DNA from: a virus
Reading direction: 5' to 3' (one strand)
UHGV virus genome: UHGV-1374396
Length of the DNA stretch: 64,000 bases
Part shown: positions 55,941 through 64,000 of the stretch, piece by piece
Position numbering within the stretch: the stretch's first letter is position 1
How the letters are laid out: every line of letters starts with the position of its first letter
Position numbers and translations under genes: made by a program
Notes under the pieces: generated by a model
What the model saw: only the letters and a program-made list of their open reading frames with translations
Databases searched by the model: none
Told to the model about the DNA's origin: nothing

Positions 55941-56378
55941 TTAATCAATTCTAAAACTAACTTCTATTGTACCTCTATCTTCTTTGATTGATATAAGTGT
56001 TACTTCAGTAACATCATGTTCTGCTATAAGTTCTTTAATTGAACTTGGAATTTCCCAGGGCATTTCTACCCAAGTAAAGTTGACTTGTATTAGTCCATCT
56101 GGTCTACCCAAGTAGTCTATACTTTGTAATTGTAAGTAAGTCCTGATAGTTTTATGGTTATCATATATATAACCAAGTAGTAAACCAATTGAATCAGCTA
56201 TTGGTGATAGAAGATCTTCTTCAATAGCAACTTCTGGTTCTATCTCCTCTAAAGGCCTATCCAATAGCATTAAGTGATTTAATACGTCCTCATCAACGTT
56301 AATTGAGAAGTTAGGAGTAACTCTGAATCCTTGTAGAGTTTCAGGTTCTTTGATGTAATTTAAAACGTTCTTTTTCAT
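55941..56378 (-). CDS. hypothetical protein (145 aa)
   Basis: ORF with own promoter. Confidence 0.45.
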   Translation of the reverse strand: MKKNVLNYIKEPETLQGFRVTPNFSINVDEDVLNHLMLLDRPLEEIEPEVAIEEDLLSPIADSIGLLLGYIYDNHKTIRTYLQLQSIDYLGRPDGLIQVNFTWVEMPWEIPSSIKELIAEHDVTEVTLISIKEDRGTIEVSFRID

Positions 56379-56414
56379 TTTGACTATAATTTAATTATTA
56401 ATATTTTTACAATG

Positions 56415-56446
56415 CAAATTTAATACTTTTATTTTAATTATGCAAA
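56415..56446 (-). promoter_or_regulatory. Bacteroidota-type promoter (TAAATTTG at 56415-56422; TTTG at 56443-56446)
   Basis: 20-bp spacer. Confidence 0.5.
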
Positions 56447-56628
56447 TCCAGAAATACCTTTCTGATGACACGAAAAGAGCTAGCAAGAGTGGGTCCTGCT
56501 AGCTCCATAATAAATGTTACCTAAAAGCATCTTGTACCTTAATGAACACCTATTACATAAACCTTAAACAAAGTAGTACATTAACATATAGTCATACCCT
56601 ATTAGGTTTAGTGTAATACTCTAGAGAA

Positions 56629-57573
56629 TTATTGTAAAAAGTTTTGGGCAGAGAATCCTTCTGGCTCTTCAGGTAATCTATCATCTATTTCTTCATATTG
56701 GTCTAATTCAGGGTCATCTGCATCTAAATCAACCTTCATTTCTATCTCTCTACGCATTTCATGATGGTCTTTCTCTGAGTGTCTTACTGCTTCTTTTAGA
56801 TTCTCTAAAGAATTACTCATCTCAACATAGTTTATTGTTTCCCCTAAGGATTCTTTAGCTCTTAAACCACCATTCTGATTAACTGCTACTACTTCTGGTA
56901 AACTACCTATGTCATAACGTGTTTCTAATAACTTAGCCTCTTGAGGTTTATCTAATAGTTTATCCTCTTGAGTAAGTATATCTAATACTTGAGCTTGAGT
57001 AACGTATTGGTTATTTACTTCCTGGGTGTTATTCTGTTGGAACATATTGAATATGTTAGTTGTACCTGAACCACCCATAAACTTCTGAACCATCGACTGC
57101 ATAGAAGTAGTAGAATCTATACCCATCTTTAAAGCCTTATTAACTTCTGCACTAATAAAAGGTGTATATCTACCTCCCTGAGAAGCCATAAGTAATTCTA
57201 TTTGGTTATTAACTCTCATTCTATCCTCTATAGTCCATGACATCATAGTACCCATAAGTCCAGTGATAATCTGTTCTTGGGCATCTTTATCCCAGATACG
57301 AGAGTTCATTACCTGATCTCTCATCTTAACTCTGATGTCATCTATACTAACTCCAAGGCTTGAAGCAAAAGTACCTATATCATACCTTTTACCGCAAAGT
57401 ACCATATTACCTATAAGCCATTGGTTTATCATCATATCAATGAATTGTTGTTTGATTGAGGTATCCTGGGTTACATGATATTGAGCAGCTAGGGTAGTAC
57501 TACCATACGGCCGAGGTATTCGGTTTATTTTTAGCTTGCCAAGCTTTGAGCTCTTTTTTATATTTCCATTCAT
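56629..57573 (-). CDS. hypothetical protein (314 aa; true start may be an internal Met)
   Basis: Long ORF; its first 74 nt overlap the upstream ORF. Confidence 0.45.
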   Translation of the reverse strand: MNGNIKKSSKLGKLKINRIPRPYGSTTLAAQYHVTQDTSIKQQFIDMMINQWLIGNMVLCGKRYDIGTFASSLGVSIDDIRVKMRDQVMNSRIWDKDAQEQIITGLMGTMMSWTIEDRMRVNNQIELLMASQGGRYTPFISAEVNKALKMGIDSTTSMQSMVQKFMGGSGTTNIFNMFQQNNTQEVNNQYVTQAQVLDILTQEDKLLDKPQEAKLLETRYDIGSLPEVVAVNQNGGLRAKESLGETINYVEMSNSLENLKEAVRHSEKDHHEMRREIEMKVDLDADDPELDQYEEIDDRLPEEPEGFSAQNFLQ

Positions 57574-57826
57574 ATCTAATATCTAAATAAGGTATATATT
57601 CTATATATTCTAGAGGATATAGTGCATAGCAATCTAAATGCTTGATATGATGCAATGCAAAAGACTTGTCACCATTAAAAATTAATGTGAAAGGTTTATC
57701 CGATAAACGGTCCCGATTATAAGACCATTGACCCTTAATATTTAGGTCAGGTTTAGGTAAAAATTTAAACCTTTTTGGCCCATTTTTTAACCTAAACCTT
57801 TGCCCAGTTAGAGCAATAATTTCCAT
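57500..57826 (-). CDS. hypothetical protein (108 aa)
   Basis: ORF. Confidence 0.35.
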   Translation of the reverse strand: MEIIALTGQRFRLKNGPKRFKFLPKPDLNIKGQWSYNRDRLSDKPFTLIFNGDKSFALHHIKHLDCYALYPLEYIEYIPYLDIRYEWKYKKELKAWQAKNKPNTSAVW

Positions 57827-57828
57827 AT

Positions 57829-58197
57829 CTATTTAACGTTATCTTGTTGACTGATGTTCTTAAATGCTTTCCTAATCTGTATTCGTTTTTCAGATTCTGG
57901 AAAGTACTTCTGCCTTACGGGTACTACATGTAAACTATAAAATGCTGCCCATAAACCTTTTGAAAGACTTGAGCCCTTTTTAGTATCAGAGATATTATAG
58001 TATTTTTTCCTATAAGCTTTTACTGTATCTTTAAACCAATTATAAGGCATCCTTTTACCTGATAATTCGAAACTTTCTTTTATTGCTTCGATGTCTTCTC
58101 TAAATTCTTGGCCGAATGCTTTAATGAATTCTATTCGATTAAATTCGTAATTTGGTTGTTCCATTCGAAAAACTGAAATGTATTCTTGTACTGTCAT
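57829..58197 (-). CDS. hypothetical protein (122 aa)
   Basis: ORF. Confidence 0.4.
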   Translation of the reverse strand: MTVQEYISVFRMEQPNYEFNRIEFIKAFGQEFREDIEAIKESFELSGKRMPYNWFKDTVKAYRKKYYNISDTKKGSSLSKGLWAAFYSLHVVPVRQKYFPESEKRIQIRKAFKNISQQDNVK

Positions 58198-58198
58198 A

Positions 58199-58582
58199 TT
58201 ATTTTCTCTTTGAGGGGTATTTAATAAATTCTAAGGGTTTGTCATCGGATATTATTTGGAATAGATAACCTCTATGATTATCTTCATAGTAACTTTCCCA
58301 CATTACGTAGGGTAATTTATAGGGTTCTAGTGTATCTCTTTTAGGAATACCTGTAACTACTAATTTAACTAGATTAAGTTTTTCTAGACCTTCAGGAGTT
58401 AGGTTAATTATCCCTTTATGATAACTGCCGAATATTACCAAGTCAGGTTGATATTTGGTTTTCTTTATTAAGGGTAAACCTATATCACCCATTAGTGTTT
58501 GAGGTGATATTACCTTCCCATCTTTTATGAGAGTAAGTTTACTTTTTCCGATGTATTGATTTTTTACGATATGTGCGAACAT
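58199..58582 (-). CDS. hypothetical protein (127 aa)
   Basis: ORF. Confidence 0.4.
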   Translation of the reverse strand: MFAHIVKNQYIGKSKLTLIKDGKVISPQTLMGDIGLPLIKKTKYQPDLVIFGSYHKGIINLTPEGLEKLNLVKLVVTGIPKRDTLEPYKLPYVMWESYYEDNHRGYLFQIISDDKPLEFIKYPSKRK

Positions 58583-58838
58583 TTGGTATGGCTCCTTTAT
58601 AAAACAGTGATTTTAAATCATCCTTTACTAACTTTTGAACGAATAACCATATAGGTATATTCCAATAATGATTAATATTCTTCTCAGATACTGATAGGGA
58701 GTATAGTTTGAAGAATTTTATACGAGTACTGTATTTAACTCCCCTTGAGACTAAGTATGATTTAATACACCTTTCATGTAATTGTTTAAGTTCGAGAAGG
58801 TGTTTAAGGTAAACCTTCTCTGGTAATCCAGGTAACAT
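58539..58838 (-). CDS. hypothetical protein (99 aa)
   Basis: ORF. Confidence 0.35.
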   Translation of the reverse strand: MLPGLPEKVYLKHLLELKQLHERCIKSYLVSRGVKYSTRIKFFKLYSLSVSEKNINHYWNIPIWLFVQKLVKDDLKSLFYKGAIPNVRTYRKKSIHRKK

Positions 58839-58902
58839 TGACTAAATTTAGTATTTGAATATAAAGGGCTCTGTTATTTATGAGCCCTTTATAGATTATG
58901 AA

Positions 58903-59352
58903 CTATGCTGATTTTGCATCTTGAAAAACTTCTGAGCAGTAATCTTTGTAAGCTTTTAAAGCCTTCTTGAATTCCTTAGAACTTTGGTCTTCAATTCTTG
59001 CCTTTGCAAGTTCTAATTGGCGAAGCTTACTTCTAACTTTTTGTCTCCAAGTTTTTCTTGAAAGAGAATCTGTTACATCCTCTGGGTATTTATATTTTAC
59101 TACCCTTTCTTTTGCAACCTTCTCTACTATTTCTACTGCTTGTTGTAAAGCCAACTTCTTAGTAAGTTTATCTTCTTTAGAGGTCTTAACTTTAATCTTT
59201 ACCTCCTTCTTATCTTTTACTTCATCTAGAGGTTTTTGATTCTTAGCCTTGGTTTCCTTCTTCTTATCTTTAGAAACCTTTGCCTTGTTTTCTACTGAAG
59301 GGTTAGTTACCTTGTTTGAACTCTCTACCTTGTTTAATTTTGCTTTTTTCAT
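58903..59352 (-). CDS. highly basic Lys-rich protein (149 aa), DNA-binding candidate
   Basis: KKETKAKNQKPLDEVKDKKEVKIKVKTSKEDK composition; own promoter. Confidence 0.5.
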   Translation of the reverse strand: MKKAKLNKVESSNKVTNPSVENKAKVSKDKKKETKAKNQKPLDEVKDKKEVKIKVKTSKEDKLTKKLALQQAVEIVEKVAKERVVKYKYPEDVTDSLSRKTWRQKVRSKLRQLELAKARIEDQSSKEFKKALKAYKDYCSEVFQDAKSA

Positions 59353-59402
59353 TTTGACTATAATTTAAATTAATGATTTATTATTTATTTAGTTTGATAA
59401 TG

Positions 59403-59434
59403 CAAAATTACAAATAATATTTTTATAATGCAAA
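59403..59434 (-). promoter_or_regulatory. Bacteroidota-type promoter (TAATTTTG at 59403-59410; TTTG at 59431-59434)
   Basis: 20-bp spacer. Confidence 0.5.
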
Positions 59435-59490
59435 TATTTTAATAAAAAATTCAATAATAGCTGTGGAACAAGTAGTAGCTATAGTAAGAG

Positions 59491-59775
59491 TTACTTTATC
59501 TCATAGGCTTCAACAGATAATTGTTTATTATTAACCAATGAGCTGTTAACCCATTTGCCTTTACTCTCTGAGGATAAACCTTCGATAAAGGTATTATATA
59601 AATTCGTAGATTTATTACCTCTATATGAATAGAGAGAGTTGTTCTTGAATAATACCCATATTTTATCAGCTCTAACGTCATAGCCAAAACTAATTATGTT
59701 AGATGATTCAACGGGTATCATTACAGTATCTAATTTCTTAGATAATGATTGTAGATTTACTGTTTTGTTCTCCAT
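59491..59775 (-). CDS. KTSC-domain protein (94 aa)
   Basis: SNIISFGYDVRADKIWVLFKNNSLYSYRGNKSTNLYNTFIEGLSSESKGKWVN matches the KTSC pattern (GYD..s..L.V.F.nG.vY.Y..V....Y..l..a.S.G.yfn). Confidence 0.5.
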   Translation of the reverse strand: MENKTVNLQSLSKKLDTVMIPVESSNIISFGYDVRADKIWVLFKNNSLYSYRGNKSTNLYNTFIEGLSSESKGKWVNSSLVNNKQLSVEAYEIK

Positions 59776-59783
59776 ACCCCATA

Positions 59784-60392
59784 TTATTTAAATATTAACC
59801 TATTTTCATAAATAGCTCTGATTACTTTCGCATCTTCTTCTGCTTGGTCTCTGTGTTTAAGTAAATAATAGTTACCTGAATTATAGTTGTTGTTATCAAA
59901 ATGACCATATTCCTCACGTAACTCAATAATATTTCCTAAATTATCTATGAATAAATAATTTTCGCCACGTTTTGCTCTCTCTCTGATTTTCTCCATTTGC
60001 TTTGTTTCAGCATTCCAGCGCAAACCTTTTGCGTATAGTTTACTGAAGAAGGAATCCTTTTCTCTCTGAGTAGCGTGGCGAAAGCAATCTGTATACCAAC
60101 CGTCAGTGTAATCTTCTGTGCTACTGAAATAAGAATCAAACAGACCTTTATCGTTTGGGCTATACTTTGAAAAAATAACAATGCGGTCGTGATTTTTTGA
60201 CATTAAAATATCTCCGTCTTTGAACTCTCTTGGTTCCTCTTTTTTCTCTTCGATAATAATTTGATTATCTCTGATAATTGCTTTGCAACCTGTTGGGGTG
60301 TTAAACGTATCCCCTGCGTTTAGTTTAATTTCCATAGTTGTAATATTATTATAAATTGTTAAGATACCTATCACAAGAAATAACTCTAGCAT
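59784..60392 (-). CDS. hypothetical protein (202 aa)
   Basis: ORF. Confidence 0.45.
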   Translation of the reverse strand: MLELFLVIGILTIYNNITTMEIKLNAGDTFNTPTGCKAIIRDNQIIIEEKKEEPREFKDGDILMSKNHDRIVIFSKYSPNDKGLFDSYFSSTEDYTDGWYTDCFRHATQREKDSFFSKLYAKGLRWNAETKQMEKIRERAKRGENYLFIDNLGNIIELREEYGHFDNNNYNSGNYYLLKHRDQAEEDAKVIRAIYENRLIFK

Positions 60393-60500
60393 TATTTCTC
60401 GTTAACTTACTTACTACTTTATCCATAAATTTCTTTGAACCTTTTAAAGCAATAGATTGGTCCCATGTCCACCAATACTCCTTAGACTTCCTCCTATCAA

Positions 60501-60692
60501 CTAACATAAGCGGAGTACCCCCTTTCTATTATCTTGTATTACCATATAAAGGTCAGTACTGCCACCGTTGTTGAAGACCTTAGAATTGTTAAATCTTCTT
60601 TTGAAAGCAAGGTCATCTAAGTAACCTTCGTCCATACATCCATCTAAGCCTTCTGCTTCTGAACAATAATCACCAAACATACTCATTACCAT
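60501..60692 (-). CDS. small acidic hypothetical protein (63 aa)
   Basis: ORF overlapping the upstream gene stop by 7 nt. Confidence 0.3.
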   Translation of the reverse strand: MVMSMFGDYCSEAEGLDGCMDEGYLDDLAFKRRFNNSKVFNNGGSTDLYMVIQDNRKGVLRLC

Positions 60693-61027
60693 TTACTATT
60701 CTTGATTAACTTATCTATTAATTCAAAAGCTCCGTGAACACCTTCTATGTTATCTAAGCTCCAAGTATCATAGTTACTTGATAGTATACTAGAACATAGG
60801 CGTAGTTGGTAACCTGGTAGTAGACGTATAGTTTCAGGTAAATCTATTAACTGCCTATACATCTCTACCAATCTCCTTACTACTAGGTCTATGTCCTTAT
60901 TGTATACTGTATAACCCCATAAATCTTTTAACTTATCTTTATTTAGGTGTTCTTCTTTAGCTATTTTAATTGCATCTAGTTGAATTTCAGCTATTTGAAT
61001 AATAACTTTCTCAGTAGCTTTATCCAT
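60686..61027 (-). CDS. hypothetical protein (113 aa)
   Basis: ORF. Confidence 0.45.
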   Translation of the reverse strand: MDKATEKVIIQIAEIQLDAIKIAKEEHLNKDKLKDLWGYTVYNKDIDLVVRRLVEMYRQLIDLPETIRLLPGYQLRLCSSILSSNYDTWSLDNIEGVHGAFELIDKLIKNSKW

Positions 61028-61028
61028 A

Positions 61029-61874
61029 TTATCTTTGTAATGCTTGAGCTAGAGGTTCAACTAACTTATCAGGGAACTTACAATCTGGGTACCATCTAAT
61101 AAAGAACTTAGAAGGCTTCTTATTTGGATTGTTAAGCAATTGACGTATCTCTGTAGAGAACTTCAATCTCTCTTCTTCAGTCATATATACTGGGTACTTA
61201 GTGAAACCTACAGTACTGAATGACATATTCTTCTCAGCTGGTTTTATTCTAAGTGGCTTCTTACGTTCTCTGTATAAGTAAGGTACAACCTTCTTAGAAG
61301 GGCCTTCTAGTATAGAGAATCCGAATAGAATCTGTGGGTCGAACTTATCTGCCTTAGGATCTTTAGCTCTCTTGATACATCTTACCATCCAAGATAGTGA
61401 TTTAAGATATTGACCGTTACTTGTTGGTTCTCCAATATCCTTGGTATCAAATTCAAAATCTGGGAAGTGCATCTTGAACTCTTCTGTGAGAATAAAGATG
61501 AAACCTAATTCTCTTAGGTATTTTATTACATCTTTCTGTGTCTTACCTTGGTTTACCATTTGAATAACATCTTCTAAGATATCTTCTCTTGGAGAATTCA
61601 ACTCTACAGCAGTACTTGCAGTAGAAGGTCTACCTCTACCAGCAGTAGGTTGCTTAATTGGTAAGGTGCCAGAAAGTTGGTCTAAGTAATTCTTAAACTG
61701 GTCTACTTCTGTTTTATTACTAAGGGTTATTTCTACTCTTATAGGTCCGTCATGTTTAACCTTTGAACCCATATTTAATTCTGTATAAGCATCCACTAAT
61801 CTATCTGAAGTAGGGCAACCATTTTCTGATAGTAGTGTTACTCTCATCTTTGGCTTGAATATTTCTTTTTCCAT
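61029..61874 (-). CDS. hypothetical protein (281 aa)
   Basis: ORF. Confidence 0.5.
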   Translation of the reverse strand: MEKEIFKPKMRVTLLSENGCPTSDRLVDAYTELNMGSKVKHDGPIRVEITLSNKTEVDQFKNYLDQLSGTLPIKQPTAGRGRPSTASTAVELNSPREDILEDVIQMVNQGKTQKDVIKYLRELGFIFILTEEFKMHFPDFEFDTKDIGEPTSNGQYLKSLSWMVRCIKRAKDPKADKFDPQILFGFSILEGPSKKVVPYLYRERKKPLRIKPAEKNMSFSTVGFTKYPVYMTEEERLKFSTEIRQLLNNPNKKPSKFFIRWYPDCKFPDKLVEPLAQALQR

Positions 61875-61896
61875 AATGTGTTAAATTATACAATTA

Positions 61897-61927
61897 AGGG
61901 CTAAGATATCTATGTTACCTTAGCCCT
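61897..61927. terminator. hairpin AGGGCTAAG-N13-CTTAGCCCT downstream of the H1-like gene
   Basis: 9-bp perfect stem 34 nt after the stop at 61961. Confidence 0.45.
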
Positions 61928-61960
61928 ATCAAACATTTATGTGAATAGTTAAAGCTAAGT

Positions 61961-62578
61961 TTAATCTTCTTCCTTCTTAGCTTTCTTAGAGGTTTTACCC
62001 TTAGCTTTCTTCTCTACTTTAGCTGGAGCTTCTTTTGAAACCTTTTCTTTCTTAGCTTTCTTCTCCACCTTAGCAGTTTCTTCCTTCTTAGCTTTAGGTT
62101 TACCACCGTTAGCAAGTTTACGTTGCTCAATTCTGTACTTCTTCTTCTCTGCTGAAGTCATCTCTTTACCATTTACTAATGGATAGTCATACTTCATTAC
62201 TCTTGGAGAAGCAGCCTTCTTTTCCTTCTTTACTACTTGAGGTTCTTCAGAATTCTCAACTTTAGCAGCCTTCTTTGCTTTCTTAGCCTTTGCTGCTTTT
62301 ACTTCAGCCTCTGCAGCTTTAAGTTGCTCAGCCTTTTTTGCTTTCTTTTCTTTTTTCATTTTTATATACTTTTTTAGACCTTTTAGGTCAGTTAATGGAT
62401 ATATCTTCTGTAGTTTATCTCTTTCCTTTTGTAGAGAGAATAACAAATCCCTATATTCTTTACCATATGTAGGATGTTTAGAATAATCCTTTTCTGGTTT
62501 GAGATTATTATCTATTATGAATTTCCTTAATAACCTTAAGTACTTCATAACTCCAGGGGTTTTGGTTTCTATTGCCAT
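61961..62578 (-). CDS. histone H1/Hc1-like Lys/Ala-rich protein (205 aa)
   Basis: KKEKKAKKAEQLKAAEAEVKAAKAKKAKKAAK and AKVEKKAKKEKVSKEAPAKVEKKAKGKTSKKAKK low-complexity repeats typical of linker-histone-like nucleoid proteins. Confidence 0.55.
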   Translation of the reverse strand: MAIETKTPGVMKYLRLLRKFIIDNNLKPEKDYSKHPTYGKEYRDLLFSLQKERDKLQKIYPLTDLKGLKKYIKMKKEKKAKKAEQLKAAEAEVKAAKAKKAKKAAKVENSEEPQVVKKEKKAASPRVMKYDYPLVNGKEMTSAEKKKYRIEQRKLANGGKPKAKKEETAKVEKKAKKEKVSKEAPAKVEKKAKGKTSKKAKKEED

Positions 62579-62660
62579 GTTTTGAATATTATTTATATAA
62601 ACCTATAGTAGAGATTTAATCAACTTAGGCAAGAAATATTCGAAAAATTCTAGAATGACC

Positions 62661-63017
62661 CTACTTTATAAAGGTTGGTGAAGTTGATGCCTTTATAACC
62701 GTTACACTTTCTCCAGGAAATATCTGTGAAAAATTATTATATAAATAATTCACTTCAGCCTTCGTCATATTGGTTAGTAAACCTCTTGTACGATTCCTAT
62801 TTACTTCTAGGTCTAGTATATGTACGTTACCAGATACTCTTTCACTAACCTCTTTACGGAGTTTATCTAATCTTGAATTAAGTTGTTTAACCCTAATCTT
62901 AGAATCCTGTGTATTAAGCCCTGTTGACTTAATTATATTCTCTATCTGTTCATTAGTACTAATGATACGATTGATAATATCTATTAAAGACTTCCTTTCT
63001 ATTAAAGATTTTCCCAT
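62661..63017 (-). CDS. hypothetical protein (118 aa)
   Basis: ORF. Confidence 0.4.
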   Translation of the reverse strand: MGKSLIERKSLIDIINRIISTNEQIENIIKSTGLNTQDSKIRVKQLNSRLDKLRKEVSERVSGNVHILDLEVNRNRTRGLLTNMTKAEVNYLYNNFSQIFPGESVTVIKASTSPTFIK

Positions 63018-63217
63018 ATAGGCTTATTTATAGGTTTATCAGTCTCTGTATCTTGAGACATATTATATAATATCTCTTTGGCTTTATCTATTGTGAATTG
63101 AATAAGCTGTAATTCCTCTTCATTTTGGCAAGTATCCTTATTTTCTAGTGCAATAGAATAAGTATTTATAAGATTATCTAATGCAAGAATTATGATACTT
63201 CTTTCTGTGGGTTCCAT
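63002..63217 (-). CDS. hypothetical protein (71 aa)
   Basis: ORF. Confidence 0.35.
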   Translation of the reverse strand: MEPTERSIIILALDNLINTYSIALENKDTCQNEEELQLIQFTIDKAKEILYNMSQDTETDKPINKPIWENL

Positions 63218-63296
63218 ATTATAAAATAAAAGCCCACTACCTTTATCGGATAGTGGGCCAAACCATTAGCTTAGTGATGTATTGAGAATTTAGTGA

Positions 63297-63695
63297 TTAG
63301 TCTTCAGCTTCTTCCTCTTCCTCATCATCTTCTTCGTCATTTGAACCTCTACCAGGTTTTTGACCTCCGATTACTCCGTGACCTTTCTTTGCCTTGATAG
63401 TAAGTTCTCCTGGAATGAATGAGTTAGATACTGAAACTACCTCTCCTGCGTTGTTATATGCAACGGTAGTAGTGTAGATTCCTACTGAACGACCCTTAAC
63501 CTTTACTACGTAACCGTAAGTTTCAACCTTACCAGTTTCTGTAACAATTACATCGAATTGTTTTGAGTTACAACGTTGGCCTGCTGGGCGGTTCTTAAGA
63601 GCTTCCATACGTGCTTTTCTCTTTGCTGCCTTTTCTTCAGCAGACATCTTTGTTTTGTTCTCCTTCTTAACAGGAGCAGCTTTCTTTGTTGCCAT
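63297..63695 (-). CDS. protein with basic N-terminal region and poly-acidic C-terminal tail (132 aa)
   Basis: MATKKAAPVKKENKTK...AAKRKARMEALK at the N-terminus; GSNDEEDDEEEEEAED at the C-terminus. Confidence 0.5.
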   Translation of the reverse strand: MATKKAAPVKKENKTKMSAEEKAAKRKARMEALKNRPAGQRCNSKQFDVIVTETGKVETYGYVVKVKGRSVGIYTTTVAYNNAGEVVSVSNSFIPGELTIKAKKGHGVIGGQKPGRGSNDEEDDEEEEEAED

Positions 63696-63767
63696 AATTT
63701 AATTTAATTTTTAATTGTGTGAAAAATGTTATATATGAGTGTTATGATAACCTATAGTAGGGTAAGA

Positions 63768-64000
63768 TTACTTCTTACCCTTTTTAGTTGTTTTCTTAGG
63801 AAGTTTGATACCTAATTCCTTTGCAACTGCAGCACGGAGTTTTTCTACTTCGTCCTCATCAAAGTCATCTGGGTCTGTATCCAAATTCTTGTCGTCGCAG
63901 ATATCTTCCAATTCTTCAAAGTCAGCACCTGCAAGAACTTCTGGAGTTACTTCGTCTTCCTCTTCGTCGTCTTCGTCGTCTTCCTCTTCGTCTTCCTCTT
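63768..64000 (-). CDS. partial CDS (3' end only) of a protein with a long poly-D/E region
   Basis: Manual translation of the minus strand ends ...PKKTTKKGKK-stop at 63768-63770. Upstream codons give EEDEEDDEDDEEEDEV...; start lies beyond the window. Confidence 0.4.
   Translation of the reverse strand, partial: EEDEEEDDEDDEEEDEVTPEVLAGADFEELEDICDDKNLDTDPDDFDEDEVEKLRAAVAKELGIKLPKKTTKKGKK

Noticed and set aside
59496-59687. 63-aa ORF overlapping the KTSC gene in another frame
   Set aside because: Same strand and region as the KTSC-domain ORF, which has a recognisable domain; this frame has none.
59945-60181. 78-aa ORF inside 59784..60392
   Set aside because: Fully nested in a longer same-strand ORF in a different frame.
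60356-60574. 72-aa plus-strand ORF
   Set aside because: Antisense to the 63-aa minus ORF and the start region of 59784..60392; no promoter; prevailing transcription is leftward.
1-64000. Integrase, transposase, IS elements or attachment sites (prophage/mobile element boundaries)
   Set aside because: No tyrosine/serine recombinase or DDE transposase motifs seen in any frame, and no flanking bacterial housekeeping genes; window looks entirely phage-internal.

Overview
AT-rich (roughly 30% GC by eye) 64-kb window that reads as most of a tailed dsDNA phage genome. Almost all genes are on the minus strand. From left to right it contains the following blocks.
(1) A nucleotide-metabolism and replication block: a dUTPase truncated at the window edge, a compact ThyX-like protein, an NAD-dependent DNA ligase, an SF2 DEAD-type helicase, a DnaG-type primase and a DnaB-family helicase.
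(2) A divergently transcribed plus-strand gene that may encode a sigma-like regulator.
(3) A contractile-tail module with P2/Mu-like organisation: collar-domain tail fiber, gpI-like fiber fusion, baseplate J, W/gp25, V spike, gpD-like hub, LysM gpX-like protein, tape measure, chaperone candidate, tube and sheath.
(4) Neck, fiber, head and packaging genes: a large coiled-coil fiber with an internal duplication, major capsid candidate, protease/scaffold fusion candidate, portal and large terminase.
(5) An A-tract/palindrome-rich noncoding spacer, then a C5-cytosine-methyltransferase-like gene and an N-acetylmuramidase endolysin.
(6) A five-gene plus-strand accessory cassette with its own promoter and a bidirectional terminator.
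(7) About 2.5 kb of unusually GC-shifted, repeat-dense noncoding DNA. It holds an imperfect tandem duplication, dispersed GAAATCGGAAA 11-mers, (TA)n tracts, TTTTAGG repeats and a G4-capable tract. It surrounds a single gene for a very acidic protein.
(8) A right-hand block of about 25 small, probably early genes, many with their own promoters. They include lysine/alanine-rich histone-H1-like and other highly basic or acidic-tailed proteins, a KTSC-domain protein, a lipoprotein and a beta-helix repeat protein.
Promoter-like motifs throughout match the Bacteroidota sigma-A consensus (TTTG, 19-20 bp, TAnnTTTG), so the host is probably a Bacteroidota bacterium. No tRNA, rRNA, CRISPR array, integrase or transposase was recognised. 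Most structural-gene names rest on short motif and size recognition by eye and need HMM confirmation.
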